A stretch of DNA of 64,000 nucleotides from the human T2T-CHM13v2.0 reference genome, Homo sapiens: assembly GCF_009914755.1 (NCBI RefSeq), contig NC_060930.1; one strand, 5' to 3'. Positions 22,069-49,635 of this stretch are shown here, piece after piece; position 1 is the first letter of the stretch, and each line of letters opens with the position of its first letter. The notes under the pieces were generated by a model. The model ran no database searches. It saw only the letters and a list, made by a program, of their open reading frames with translations, and was not told the DNA's origin. The translations under genes and the position numbers were made by a program.

Positions 22069-25000
22069 CAACTCAACAATTAACTTAGATTTATCTAAAC
22101 CCCCCAGTTATTTCCTGTATTATTTAAAAATAGGAAATACTGTATTTCCTATATTATTCCAAAGCAAATCCCATATGCCATATTTTTATCTGTAAACATA
22201 TCAGGATGTGCTGTATCTTTCAAAAGTAAGGACCCTTGCTTTTAAAAGCCATAACCACAATACCATTATTACACCTTTAAAAGTTAACAGTAATTCCCAA
22301 TAACATCAAATAAAGTCAGTGTTTACTTAATTTGAAACAGGATCTATATAAGGGCCTATAATTGTAATTGATTGATATGTCTCTTAATTTTCTTTTGATC
22401 TTTAGCTTCTTTTTTTCTCATCAGATAGTTTTTAATCCGTATAATTTTCAACTTTTGTGATTACTGTGCTTGGATATATGGTCCCTTTTTGTATGGACCG
22501 TAAGCTCAGTCTCAAGAGTTTATGGTAATACATGTGATACTAATAGTAGCTGCCTTTTGAGGCCTTTTTATGAACCAAGCACTCATAGTGCTTTGCATAT
22601 ATTATCTCAGTTAATCTGTGTAATAACCCTCAGCCCAATTTTACAGATAGAAAAACTCTCCCATTTGAGACTTCCAGAGGTGAAGTAATAAGAAACAGAG
22701 CTGAACCACGTCATTCTGACTCCAGAGTTCATGTTCTCAACCTCTAGGCTCCGCTGCCTGAGTAAACGTATTAGAAGTTAATGCCATGCTGAGTGAGTGC
22801 TATGTTATTCTCAGTACTTTCATGGGTGTTTGAAATTTTTCCTAGGTTAACAAAAAAAAAATTGAATGCTGTCATAAAATGGCCATGTGGTCAATCTAAA
22901 TCAACAAACTTTCTGTGTACATGGAACTGGGTAGGAGCTGAGCAAAATCCATAGATAAATGATGTTTGATCTCTGCCTTCCAGATGCTCACAGGCCAAAG
23001 GTTGGTGGCGGGAGACAGACAGATACAAAAGCAGATTGAATAAAAAGTGGGCTGTCGGGAGTCTGTAGTAGAGCTGTAGACAGAAAGTGATGGAGGCAGA
23101 AAGGTCATTCTAATTTGGGGGTCTAGGGAAGGCATTTTGGAGAATGTGGGAGCTGCAAGGCCCTTGAATGATGAGAAGGATATTAGCAAAGTGTAGGTGG
23201 ATGAGGATTGAAGATGATGAGTATTAAAGTGTGATACCACATTCTAATGAAGTTCCTTTGGGGCTTCTCTTTCTCCCAATTGACTACGTGGAAATGCACA
23301 AAGCATTCATTAAAGCTTTCTCCCCAGCTCAGCAACTTGCGACACAGACAGATAGGAACTAAACTCTGACCCTGCCTTCACTGCCTTTCCAGGCAGGATC
23401 CAGGTTGGAGTGCTGATGTTAAGGTCATGTTGTCCACCTGTATTAACTGCCATTATCTGTTTAGGTCAGGCAGCTTGCCAGGTCTATCTTGGCAGGAAAG
23501 CCTCGGTTCCCAAGATAACCTGTTTTGTGCCTCTCTGATTACAACCTGACTGCAACCCTGCATTGTTCTTGGTGAGCAGTGAGCAGCTATCACTGCACAA
23601 GGTGACCAAACTCTGTGCTTAGTGGCAGATCCATCTGAGATTCCTTTTGGGTGTGCTAAGAAGCAAGGCTCTCCTTTCTAGTACTTGGAGGGACTACTTA
23701 CTTCATTTTACATCTTTATTAGAAAAACCTGCTTCTCTGGCTTTACGAGGCTAAGCAAAAAGGGCGTGCTAAGCAGCAAGGTTTTCATTTCTGTTTTGTC
23801 ACCTGTCAGCAGCAGAAGCTCAGGCTGCCTGACCTTTTCCCAAGCCTAGTGTCTCCCACCTGCCTCCTCGCACATCTTGCAGTTATGTTCTCAGGAAAGT
23901 CAAGCAGGTTTAACATTAATCAAAGACAAACCTAAGTAGAGGAGTAAATCGACTACCCACTCCTCCCCTCCAAACAGTATGTAGTAATGAATTCAAAAGC
24001 AAAGTATTTTCATTATCCGTGCTAGCAACTCTTGTGACTAAGGATGAAAGTTGAGTTAATAATAAGCCTACAGGCCCTCACTTCAAAGATATAAGGATAA
24101 CGTATAAATCAATGTTGCTATATTATTTCCAATGAGATTTTTTTAATGTTTACACTTACATGTTTTATTTTCTTCTTATCACATTTATAACATGTAATAG
24201 TTCTTAGTGCTGTCCATTAAATATTTCTGGTTTTCCTCCAAATTCACAATAGTAGTATATTTCCTGAACTCTAGAAGTTAGATGTGGGCATGTGATTTAC
24301 TGTACAGTTAAGACAGTGTGAGTGAAGGAAGTGGATGCCACCTCCAGACAAACTTTGGGAGCCAACGCATGATTGCCTGTGCTTTGCTGTCCCTTTGCCA
24401 CAGTAACTGGTGACTTTTGGGGTGACGGCTGCTCCTTCGGTCTGATTCACCTGGTAGATCCCCCAGCCAACTCTGTGATAGATATGCAGCACAAGGTGGA
24501 AATCAACCCTGGATGTTTTAAGTGACTGAAACTTTGAGGTGGAATGTTACTGCAGCATTACCTAGCCTCATTTGACTGAAATATAGGGTTTTTAAAAAGG
24601 CTTCTGAGGATTAAAATGAGCCTCTATAACTTGAGAAAGGATTTTGTCTTGATGAGTGTGATAAAACGCTCACCCTCTACAAATTGGAGGGACTAATGAT
24701 AATTTTGCCCATCTTTCTAAAAAGGCTTATTTTCCAGTCCTTTGATGACTTACATTATAATCATAATATATAAATATTATGTATATAACACATAATATAG
24801 CCCCTTGTAACAAGTTCTTTCCCCAAAAAACATTAACTAAAAGTTTTACAAAGTATTATAGCAAGCTAACTTGGAGGAAATTGCCCTCGTATTTAAGATT
24901 TAATACTAAAAATTTCACATTTGTAAAACTTTGGTTCTAAGACTTCCCATGCTCATAATCTACAAGACTGGCCCTTTTTGGTTAGATTTGCTACAAGAAC

Positions 25001-25373
25001 CTGACAATAAAGACTGAGCTGACAAATCTATTGAATAAATTTATGCTGAGCTTCACTGTGTCAAATTTATATTTTAGCACCCTCTGCTGGAGAAACTATA
25101 TACACTTCTGATAAATGCAGGTGATTTATGCCAATGTGATCATTCTGACTTGTGTCTTAAATATAGGATTTGGAGAATGTTATTTAAAATCTGTACTAAA
25201 AGAAGCCTCTCCTTTAAGCAAATGGCCTTCTGACAAACTATCCATGCACCAGTGGTATTTGTCTCCTGCAGATCCCCTAGAAAGACATATACATGCACAT
25301 ATAGTCATTAATGTGTGTATAGTTTACACATGGAAAAAGTAGAAATGGGCTTAATGAAAATGAGAAATTTGTA

Positions 25374-27710
<2,337 letters not shown>

Positions 27711-28162
27711 TAGCATCTGCATTTCTACATAAGACATCTCATACTTCTCTGCACCATGAGATTGTAAAAAATATAAAAGGGATAATGTCTTCTTTCCTCC
27801 CTCCGGCCTCCCCCCATCCCCGGTATTTCCTAGATCATTGCTTTGAACTCAGTAGTGCACTTTGAAGTGAAATTTATCATTACATTTCATTACACTATAA
27901 ATTTCATTAGATCTCTCATAGTTCCAAATTAATAAGGATACATTCATACACACAAATACATGTAGAGGCACACTTCTAAGAACGGAATGGGCAAGAAGTT
28001 AATGCTTTGCTTGGGTTGAGAGAGAAAACACTAGAAAGTAGACAGAGAAAGGGAAGGGAGGTGGGAAGGAATAGGGAGGTGAGTTGGAGTGGGTAGGCAA
28101 ATAGGTGAAAAGTGTGAGTAGTAAGTGAGGTGACCAGAGGATGACCATATAAATAACCATGC

Positions 28163-29166
<1,004 letters not shown>

Positions 29167-30118
29167 CTAAAGCTGAAGGCTTGCTTCAGACAACTTCTGT
29201 TTTTCTTACACATTTGCACTAAGGACTGGAAAAACAGATATGAAATAGGCATGAACAGATAAACTAGTTGGTGTGTGTGTATACATATGTGTATATCTAC
29301 ATATAGAGAGATAGATACACACATATGAATATCTCTCAAAATGTAAGACAAGATATAATGTGTACTCACTATTCTCTTTTGCCATTTTCTAGTTTGGGGG
29401 AAGTTCTATGAAATCTAAGTTGATGAACATTATTCCCCCTGCTGATACCAAAAGTCCTGACTTGTAAGGAGGACAAAGCTGAGGTCAGTGCATAACTATG
29501 AGCTGGGGATCTTGTGAAAACACGGATTCTGACTGAGTAGGCGTGGAGTGCAACCTGAGTTTCTGCTTCAGGTGGTGCCGATTCTGCCAGTCTGTGGCCC
29601 ACACTTTGAATAGCAAGGGACTGGATGATTTCTGGTAATCCTTTTTAATTCTGTTGCAGTTGTTTTGCTTGAAAAACTTTCTACCTTTTGGAAGTATTCA
29701 CCCATAAATCACTTATAGTTTAAACTATATAGTTTCAGGTGATAACAAAATAGGACATTTCAAGGCAATGAATTAAAAAGGTAAGTAACAGTATTAAATA
29801 TAACCCAGAATTTTATATGAAATATAACCCAGAATTTTCTCTAAGGCAATAAAAACTTTCAAAGTAAGTGATAAGTGTGAGGATTGAATTTTTACAGATG
29901 CGCTTAAAATCCAGTGGACAAGCCATTGTTGAGTGAAGATTCAGTCCTCATCTCTCTTATTGGAAGATGAATGTGGGCTAGATCAGTAGATATCAAAGTT
30001 TTTGTTCGTGACCCACAGTGAGAAACATATTTTAGGTTATGATCTTGCACATAAATAAAAGTGTCACAAATAAAACAATATCAATATGTACTCTGATAAC
30101 ATTCATTCTATACAATCC

Positions 30119-30860
<742 letters not shown>

Positions 30861-31229
30861 TTTTATTGTGTGAAATGGAATATTGGAAAGTGGGATTCCA
30901 GGGTAGCCTGGATGGCAGAAAAGACCTGCTTGCTATGTCTTCCAGGAGCACTTTTTATTATAGATACCACTTATTTTCCCCCTAATCTACAATATAACTA
31001 CATGTTTGATCTCTGGAATTTTATAAAGGCAAGCTGGAGTATTTTTTCCCTCAAAACTACTTAACTCTCACTTAAGCAGGCAGTAGAGCAGCGTGGTTAA
31101 GAGCATGGACTGATGGCAGGCTGTCTGGTCAGCATCCTGGCCATCCCACATACTAGCTGTATAATTTTGGTCTACTTACTTAACCTTACATGCCTCACTT
31201 TCCTCATCTATAAAATGGGAATAATAATA

Positions 31230-31540
31230 CTAGTTGAGTATCCCTTTTCCAAAATGCTTGGGACCAGAAGTATTTAGAATTTCAGATTTTTTTAAAATTT
31301 TGGAATATTTGCATATACATAATGAGATATCTTGGGGATGGGACCCAGGTCTAAACATAAAGTTATGTTTCATATATACCTCATACACATAGCTTGAAGG
31401 TAATTTTATACAACATTTTAAATAATTTCGTACATTAAACAAAGTTTGTGTACACAAGGTCAAGTGTGAAATTTTCTGCTTGTGGTGTTATATCAGTGCT
31501 CAAAACTTTTGGAATTTTGAATTAGGAATGGTCAGCCTGT
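31230..31540. mobile_element. Tigger4/MER46-like DNA transposon inserted in a MIR (~31080-31600)
   Basis: TAGTTGAGTATCCCTTTTCCAAAATGCTTGGGACCAGAAG start; MIR core CCTCATCTATAAAATGGGAATAATAA immediately upstream. Confidence 0.7.
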
Positions 31541-34404
31541 AGTTCCTACCTAACAGAATTGAGGTGAAGATTGAATGAGTTAACATCGTAGACAAGTACA
31601 ACAGGAATGTTATTAGCTACTGTTAGCTGGACTTAAATTACAATGTAAAGTTTGAGCCTAACTCCAATTTCATGACAAAGTAGAAGAGTAGTGTTATGTT
31701 AATAAGTACTTCTAAACCAGTGTCTTGATATGGAGCTACAATAAATATTAAGTCCAATAAAGGTGTTTTTGTTAATCCAAAATGCAATTTCCCCTCAGTC
31801 CTGATTCAAGCAGGCCTGCAATAACTTAGTTATCCAACTGATTAACATTCTAAAACTATACTGAGGGAAAAAACATTCTACCAGAAATTTACATTTTGTA
31901 CTGGAAAATGAAGATCCAGTAAAATGTCACATTTCTGTAGGAATGTAACAATCAGGGCTTTTGTTGTTTAAATGGAAGGATGCAGGCTCCATTCTGTGTA
32001 ACACCAAAGAAATATGACATGTTTGAGAAATTTTGTATTTTTTTGCATGGTGGCCTTACTTTCTTGTTGTTACTCATTTTTGGGGTGGGGGAGGTCAGTG
32101 GAAAGTGCTTATAGAAGTTTAGAAAAAGTTAGATTCCGCTGCTAAAGGAAGGAAATACGGTATCCATTTTTTCAAATGTTCTACCTATTAAATTGTGAAA
32201 ATAATAGTATAGATACCCTTTCAAAGTTCTAAATTGGTTAACTTTCCCCCCAAAAAACTAACAAGTGAACCTAAACAGCTACAATATAAACTTTTATAAA
32301 CATGGCCTAGAACCAAATATTCTACCTGTCATAGGAATGATTACACCACAGAAGGAGGTGAGAATCAGTCATACTTGCCTTCTTGCTTATGACATGTCAT
32401 TGCTGTCTGTGTAGGTAAAAATCTATTACTATAGTTAGTCGTCTAAATTGCCATAGGAAACTGGTGTGTGTTCAGTGCCTAACTGCAGCTTAACCACTTC
32501 TAAAACTTGAACCATAAATGCTTCATATGTATGTGGATTTTCATAACGTCAGAATGGGAGGAAGGCACAGAGTATTTAAGATAAAGGTATTTTTCCAAAT
32601 AAGGTCTAAAAGGAAAACATGAACTCCCTCCTCTCCCTGGCTCCCTACTCCTGTTAGTCGTAAAGCTTGCCCAAACACATCCTCTCCTTCCCACCCTTCC
32701 ACCCTCCCTGTGCCCTTGCCCAGGACTTCATTAGCCCACATTTGCATCTCTACAGCCTCCTATAGGCTGCCTTGAGGCCTGAGGCCTTTCCAGCATATCC
32801 TCAATACTACTGCTAGGCCTCATCTGTTAAAAATATTACTTTGGGCTTATCATCTTCTCTCTTTATACTCTCATCACTTCCTTGCTTTAACTTGCAGATG
32901 GCCACTTGAGTCCTGGCAGCTCTCCTGATTGCCCCTCATGCATACATACACTGGAACCTTCCCACTGAACTCCTGTATCCAGATGTTCCACCATCACACT
33001 CCAAATCCGGCCTGGCAAATGCCACCTTGCTCCTCTCCCCAAGTCAAAGATTTTAGGGCACTGACTTTCATTCAGTCACTCGAGCTAGCAATCTAGAAGT
33101 TATCGTTGGCTCTTCCCATGTCCTCAGCAGCACAGACAGCTCATAAGTCCTGGCCCCACTGGGTTGTGCCCATCTGCCTTCCTTACATTCATTTCTTGTG
33201 GCTTTTTGCCTAGATGAGTAGACTTTGCAATATAATGCTGTACATTGAGGACATAGAAAGAAAATATGAGAAAGTATATGTATTTATGTTAAAAGGTAAG
33301 AAATTAAGCTTTCTTAATATTTGCTATAAAGATAGACACTGGGTCCTCAATTTGTCTCTTATGTTCCATGTTCACATGTCAAATAGAATAATAGGAAGTA
33401 TCCTGAGGGCATGGTAGGAATTCCACTGTCAGTGTGTCACTCTGTTTTGCTGTTTCCTTGCTATGAGTTGTTTTCAATGGGCCTAATTTTGTAAAAGCAA
33501 GATTTTAAAATAACAGGCCATCACTAAAATGGCCAGGCAAACCGTTTCTTACCACCAGGAGTTTTCCGGCTTTTTTCTTGGCAAAGTATTTAAAGATAAG
33601 TTACACATATTTTTTATTTCTTTTAGATGAAAGTGTCCTAAGTTAGATTCCTGGGAAGAAAATTCTGAGACACATTCTGCAGGATGATTATTAGGGCTCA
33701 TCCTTGGTTTCAACACCCATAGAAGGAAGGGGGAAGAAGAAATCGAACAGAGAGACAGAAGTCGAGATGCATTTCAGGCCAGGACTCTTGGCTGAACCCA
33801 CAGGAGCTCTGGAGCTAGAATGGCCCTTCAGAGTTGTCCTGAGTTGGTCTGAGATGGCCAGTTCTTTATATTCCTGCATGGGATAGTCACTGGATGTCCA
33901 CCCCAGGAAGGGGTGTGGCCAAGACAGTCCCTAAAATGCCCGCCAGCACTCCCTACACCTGGAGCGACAAGACCAACATCACAGGGGGAATGCACTGGGT
34001 GATGGATCACAGCGTTCATCCCAGAAGATGAGGATACAGAATTGGCTGACAACTACGTTCTAAATGTCAGTGTTCTCCAAAATTCATATGTTGAAACTTA
34101 ATTCCCAATGTGATGGCATTAGGAAGTGGGGCCTTTGGGGGAGGGACTATAGGTCATGAGGGTGTAACCCTCATCAATGGGATTAGTGTCCAGAGAGCTG
34201 CCTTGCCCTTCCACCATGTGAGGACATAGTGAGAAGGTGCCATCTATGAACTAGGAAGTGGGCGCTTACCACCAGACACCCACTCTTCTGGCAACTTGAT
34301 CTTGAATTTCCCAGCCTCCAGAACTCTGAGAAATCAATTTCTGTTAATTATAAGCTACCCAGTCGATAGCATTTTGTTAAAGCTGCTGGAACTAAACTAA
34401 GACA

Positions 34405-35540
<1,136 letters not shown>

Positions 35541-35559
35541 AAAAATGATTTCTCACCAT

Positions 35560-37130
<1,571 letters not shown>

Positions 37131-37267
37131 CGTAGATATTTTTTAAAATTATGACAAATATTAAAATTAAGTATTAAGATAAAGTGAATATAGGTCATTG
37201 AACTGCTAAACCTCAAAGTATTAATCATTTTCAAAAGATTTTTTGAAGTAATGAAGAGTATTTGGTG

Positions 37268-37990
<723 letters not shown>

Positions 37991-38033
37991 AGTGATATTA
38001 AAAATTTTCTCTACTATTAAAAATAAAGTTTTA

Positions 38034-38390
38034 GGTGGGGGAGATATCACCTTCACCAAATGTAGCACATTTGTGTGTTTTTAACATTCAGAGAATTCTA
38101 CCTTTTAAGGTTCTTGAGGTGACTTGCAAATTAACTAAAGTTTTAAAGTAACCTTTTTTTTCCATTGTAAATATTTCTAAAAATACTACCCATTGGAAAT
38201 TAGAAAAGTAGAGTACTTTTCTGAATCCAGTCCTACTTTTATTTTACACAGTATTTCACAGCTGTGATCTCTGGAGCCAAAGCTAACCGCCGGAAAAAAC
38301 AGTTTGTATGAGTTTCATGAAGTATGTCTCTGGGCTTTTGTAAATAATTTTAACTCAAATAAAACTACTTCTTGCAATACAAAAATAAAA
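38034..38390 (+). pseudogene. Candidate 5'-truncated retrocopy of an mRNA 3'UTR (parent unidentified)
   Basis: Non-repeat AT-rich sequence ending AATAAA (38358) + ~17 nt + A-rich run; TSD-like AAAAATAAA(G/A)TTT on both sides. Confidence 0.5.
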
Positions 38391-39029
38391 TTTAAAAAAC
38401 TTAAATATTTTATTTATCTTCATCTCATCCTCTAGCATTTCTTTTTCTGTACATTCCATGATATAAAGTAACAAGTGTGATAATTTGTAAACAAATATGT
38501 ATTAAAGGTGTGTGCTCAAAATTTTTTTGTTGTAACTTAAGAATGGCATACAATAAAAAAATACTTGAGTATGTGCTGGAAATTGTGTTTGAAAAGGTGT
38601 TTGTAGAAATCATTTGAGGCCTAGGACGATGAGCTTATTTCTTTGTTTCTGCCAGGCCTTAAGGCTACACTAATCCAGGATTCCCCTAATCCAATTTCAG
38701 AAATTGAACTTTTCTGGGTCAGCCCGATCAGTCAAAGCCAACCAGGCTTCAGGTGTATTTTCAGCCGCCCCTTTATTCCTGTGGTGAGGCCCTTCGGGGT
38801 CTGAGCCCTCTGTGCCTGGGATTCTCCAGAACCCCAGTCCCACAACTCCAGCTTTGCCCTTGTCACCCAGAGTTGTGGAAAGCACTGCTCAGCCTCATCT
38901 TAGGATCTCTGAATGCCCTCCCTGGGTAAAAGAGCCTCCAAACACCTGGTTCTTGTTTTAGATTTTTCTATTTCTATCTTCTCCCCAATCTTGGCCCACT
39001 TATTTCTCATTGTCTCATTAGCTCTTTAA

Positions 39030-42700
<3,671 letters not shown>

Positions 42701-42971
42701 TAAGTCACATATATACACGTCTGGTTCCCTCTTGCTAGACTGGATTTTTCGTCTTTTTATAAACTATAACCCATAGTAAGAATGTATTTTGCATTGCAAC
42801 TCAGTTCACACACACACTCCACTAATACATACACCCACATACATAAATAACTGAAATAAAACTTCCATAAGTAGTATTTGCCCTTACTACTTGTGATATA
42901 CATTTATAGATTCTATTCTAGTCGTTAAAGTACCAGTCATGACTCTCACTGAATTAATTTCAGGATGCACA

Positions 42972-44517
42972 TGAGAGGTGACAGCGTGCTGGCAGTCCTC
43001 ACGGCCCTCGCTCGCTCTCGGCACCTCCTCTGCCTGGGCTCCCACTTTGGCTGCACTTGAGGAGCCCTTCAGCCCACCACTGCACTGTGGGAGCCCCTTT
43101 CTGGGCGGGCCAAGGCCAGAGCCGGCTCCCTCAGCTTGCAGGGAGGTGTGGAGGAAGAGGCGCGCGCCGGAACCAGGGGTGCGCGCGGCGCTTGCGGGCC
43201 AGCTGGAGCTCCGGGTGGGCGTGGGCTTGGCGGGCCCCGCACTCGGAGCAGCCGGCCGTCCCTGCCGGCCCCGGGCAATGAAGGACTTAGCACCCGGGCC
43301 AGCAGCTGCGGAGAGTGTACTGGGTCCTCCAGCCGTGCCAGCCCACCAGCGCTGCACTCGATATCTCGGCGGGCCTTAGCTGCCTTCCCGCGGAGCGGGG
43401 CTCGGAACCCGCAGCCCGCCATGCCTGAGCCTCCCACCCCCTCCGTGGGCTCCTGTGCGGCCCAAGCCTCCCCAGTGAGCGCCACCCACTGCTCCACAGC
43501 GCCCAGTCCCATCGACCACCCAAGGGCTGAGAAGTGCGGGCGCACGGCGGGACTAGCAGGCAGCTCCACCTGCAGCGCTGTGCGGGATCCACTAGGTGAA
43601 GCCAGCTGGGCTCCTGAGTCGGGTAGGGACGTGGAGAACATTTATGCCTAGCTCAGGGATTGTAAATACACCAATCAGCACCCTGTGTCTAGCTCAGGGT
43701 TTGTGAATGCACCAATCGACACTGTATCTAGCTACTCTGGTGGGGCCTTGGAGAACCTTTATGTCTAGCTCAGGGATTGTAAATGCACCAATCGGCACTC
43801 TGTATCTAGCTCAAGGTTTGCAAACACACCAATCAGCACCCTGTGTCTAGCTCAGGGTTTATGAATGTACCAATCAACACTCTGTATCTAGCTACTCTGG
43901 TGGGGCTTTGGAGAACCTTTGTGTCCACACTCTATCTAGCTAACCTAGTGGGGACATGGAGAACCTTTGTGTCTAGCTCAGGGATTGTAAATGCACCAAT
44001 CAGTGCCCTGTCAAAACAGACCACTCGGCTCTACCAATCAGCAGGATGTGGGTGGGGCCAGATAAGAGAATAAAAGCAGGCTGCCCGAGCCAGTAGTGAC
44101 AACCTGCTCCCGTCTCCTTCTGCACTTGGGAAGCTTTGCTCTTTTGCTATTTGCAATAAATTATGCTACTACTTACTTTTTGGGTCAACACTGCTTTTTA
44201 TGAGCTGTAATACTCACTGTGAAGGTCTGCAGCTTCGCTTCTGAAGTCAGTGAGACCACGTAGCCCACAGGGAGAAACAAACAACTCCAGACACACTGTC
44301 CTAAGAGTTGTAACACTCACTGGGAAGGTCTGCAGCTTTATTCCTGAGCTAGGGATACTGTGGACCCACCAAAAGGAAGAAAGTCTGAACACATCCAAAC
44401 ACCAGCAGGAATAAACTCCAGACACGCCACCTTAAGAGCTATAACACTCAACTGTGAGAGTTGGTGGCTTCATTCTTGAAGTCAGTGTAGACCAAGAACC
44501 TACCAATTACGGACACA
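42972..44517 (+). mobile_element. Solo LTR12C (ERV9 LTR)
   Basis: Starts TGAGAGGTGACAGCGTGCTGGCAGTCCTC and ends CCAATTACGGACACA. GC-rich U3, tandem CTAGCT/CCAATC repeats, GATAAGAGAATAAAAGC core promoter (44061-44077), near-TSD CACA/CTCA. Confidence 0.92.
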
Positions 44518-45188
44518 CTCAGATGGGTCAACATTGAAAAACACTGAGCTAGGCTGGGCTATTTTACAACAGGGAGCATATTTATTTTTGTACTGCTAGT
44601 GGCAAGCAGTGCATGGCATGAAGTAGGTGTAGGTGTTTGGTAGATAATTGGTGTAGGACTGGATTTATCCACAAGGGCAGGAATCTGTCTTACCTTGTAT
44701 CCACCCTACATTTAGCATATTCTTCCCACGATATTTAATGATCGAATGGCTAAAATTTGTGAGGCTTTAGAGATAAAACATTTGGATCGAAATCTGACGA
44801 GCACCTACTATGTGATACATAAATGGTAAATCCATAGCTTCTCTCTTTTAATACCAATCTAATGAGACGTGACTCCTCTTAATTATCGTAAAAGAAGTAT
44901 GGGATTGCTGAGAGAAAACACTGCTCAACTGCGAAAACAAGACATTTGGAGGCGAAAATATTACCTTTAGTAATAAGGCTACATCAGAGAACAAAAATAG
45001 TGTATGAGCCAGTCAGGCCTGTTGATTGGACCTAAGTGGAAGCACCTAGGGTGGACCTCCCTTTGCTGCTGGCCTGTGTGGATATAAGGCATAAACAGCT
45101 CAGATTTAAGAGGAATGTGGGAAAAGTGGAGCTCTGCAAAACCAGTTTTTCCTAAAGGCACCAATTAAGTAAATCACTCCTCCCCTGA

Positions 45189-48540
<3,352 letters not shown>

Positions 48541-49613
48541 CTGACGCGTATTTTCAACTGGCTTTTAATAAAATGTGTTTTAATTATGCAACATAATTGA
48601 ACCACCCATGAAAAAAGCACACACTGATTTTTTGTAAATATATCTTAATTGCACTGGGTTCATTCTCTTCACAGGAATCTATATTAAATCTGTTGCAAAG
48701 CAAGTAATTATCCTTTAATGTATTTTTATACATGGTATTTGTTCCTAATGTTGCTTCTTAGGGAATACAGTTCACATAGTAGGGCAGCTGGGTATGGCAG
48801 GATACATTTATTAAATCAAGGGATTGCTGCTTAGAACTTTTGTGTTTGTTTTTGGAGACAGAAGACAGGAAACTGTAATTTTTAGAAGAGTAAAAAGGTA
48901 TCTCAGGGAGCAAAAGAATCACAGGAAAACTCGAAGGCTCTGATTCCTTCTAAAAGAGGGACACATTTACCCTCTATTCTTCTGGGGGCACCTCTTTAAC
49001 AAATGAATGTAATCTGGCGGAAGTGGGGAGTTTCAATTTTGGGTGGAGATACAGTAGTTGAGATTACTACAGTGTCTTGTTTCGTAGAGGTGTAAGCCAG
49101 TGCGGCAAAATCTCCAAGCTTGGTCTCAAGGAGGCAGCTGGGTCTAACTTACAACTCAGGCAGGTGATTTGAGGGCAGTGCAGCTGTCCTTAAGTCACCC
49201 GCGGGCCATTTCTGAAATGCTTTACTTACGAAAAGATAGAACATAACATCTGTTGCAGGGGGAAAATGAGATTTCGTGTCCTGACCCGCGTCTGCGGCAG
49301 GGACCTGAGTTTTTCCTCCAAGTCCCAAATAGCCAACCTTCGCCCCCGGCAACAGGGCTAGGTGCACGAGCAACCAGTTTTTCAGGCAGCCGCCTCCTCT
49401 TTCCTCTCTCGCCGTACTTCATCGATTACGGCTAGAAACAAAACGACTTTGTATACGGAGTAATGGTTGAAATCTCACTGGCGCCTCAGCAGGACGGGCA
49501 GCCAGATCCGCGGCTTTGGAGAAGGCCAGCCCACGGTCGTCCGACTGAGGCGACTTGAGCAAGACCAAAGGCAGAGCCGCCCGAGAATGAAAGCAGCGAA
49601 GCCCGAGTGGCGG

Positions 49614-49635
49614 TGCATTCTGGGAGTTGTAGTCC
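49614..49635 (-). promoter_or_regulatory. ZNF143/THAP11(Ronin)-HCFC1 ACTACA-SBS motif
   Basis: Reverse complement reads GGACTACAACTCCCAGAATGCA, the canonical consensus. Confidence 0.85.

Noticed and set aside
29796-29838. 19-bp direct repeat AAATATAACCCAGAATTTT, two copies
   Set aside because: A simple local tandem duplication with no further structure.
42887-43651. Overlapping ORFs of 100-190 aa
   Set aside because: They lie within the GC-rich U3 of LTR12C and are repeat-derived artefacts.
43640-44045. Array of ~40-bp repeats with variable interiors, superficially CRISPR-like
   Set aside because: These are the standard LTR12 U3 tandem repeats; the units are homologous throughout, there are no unique spacers or cas genes, and the DNA is human.
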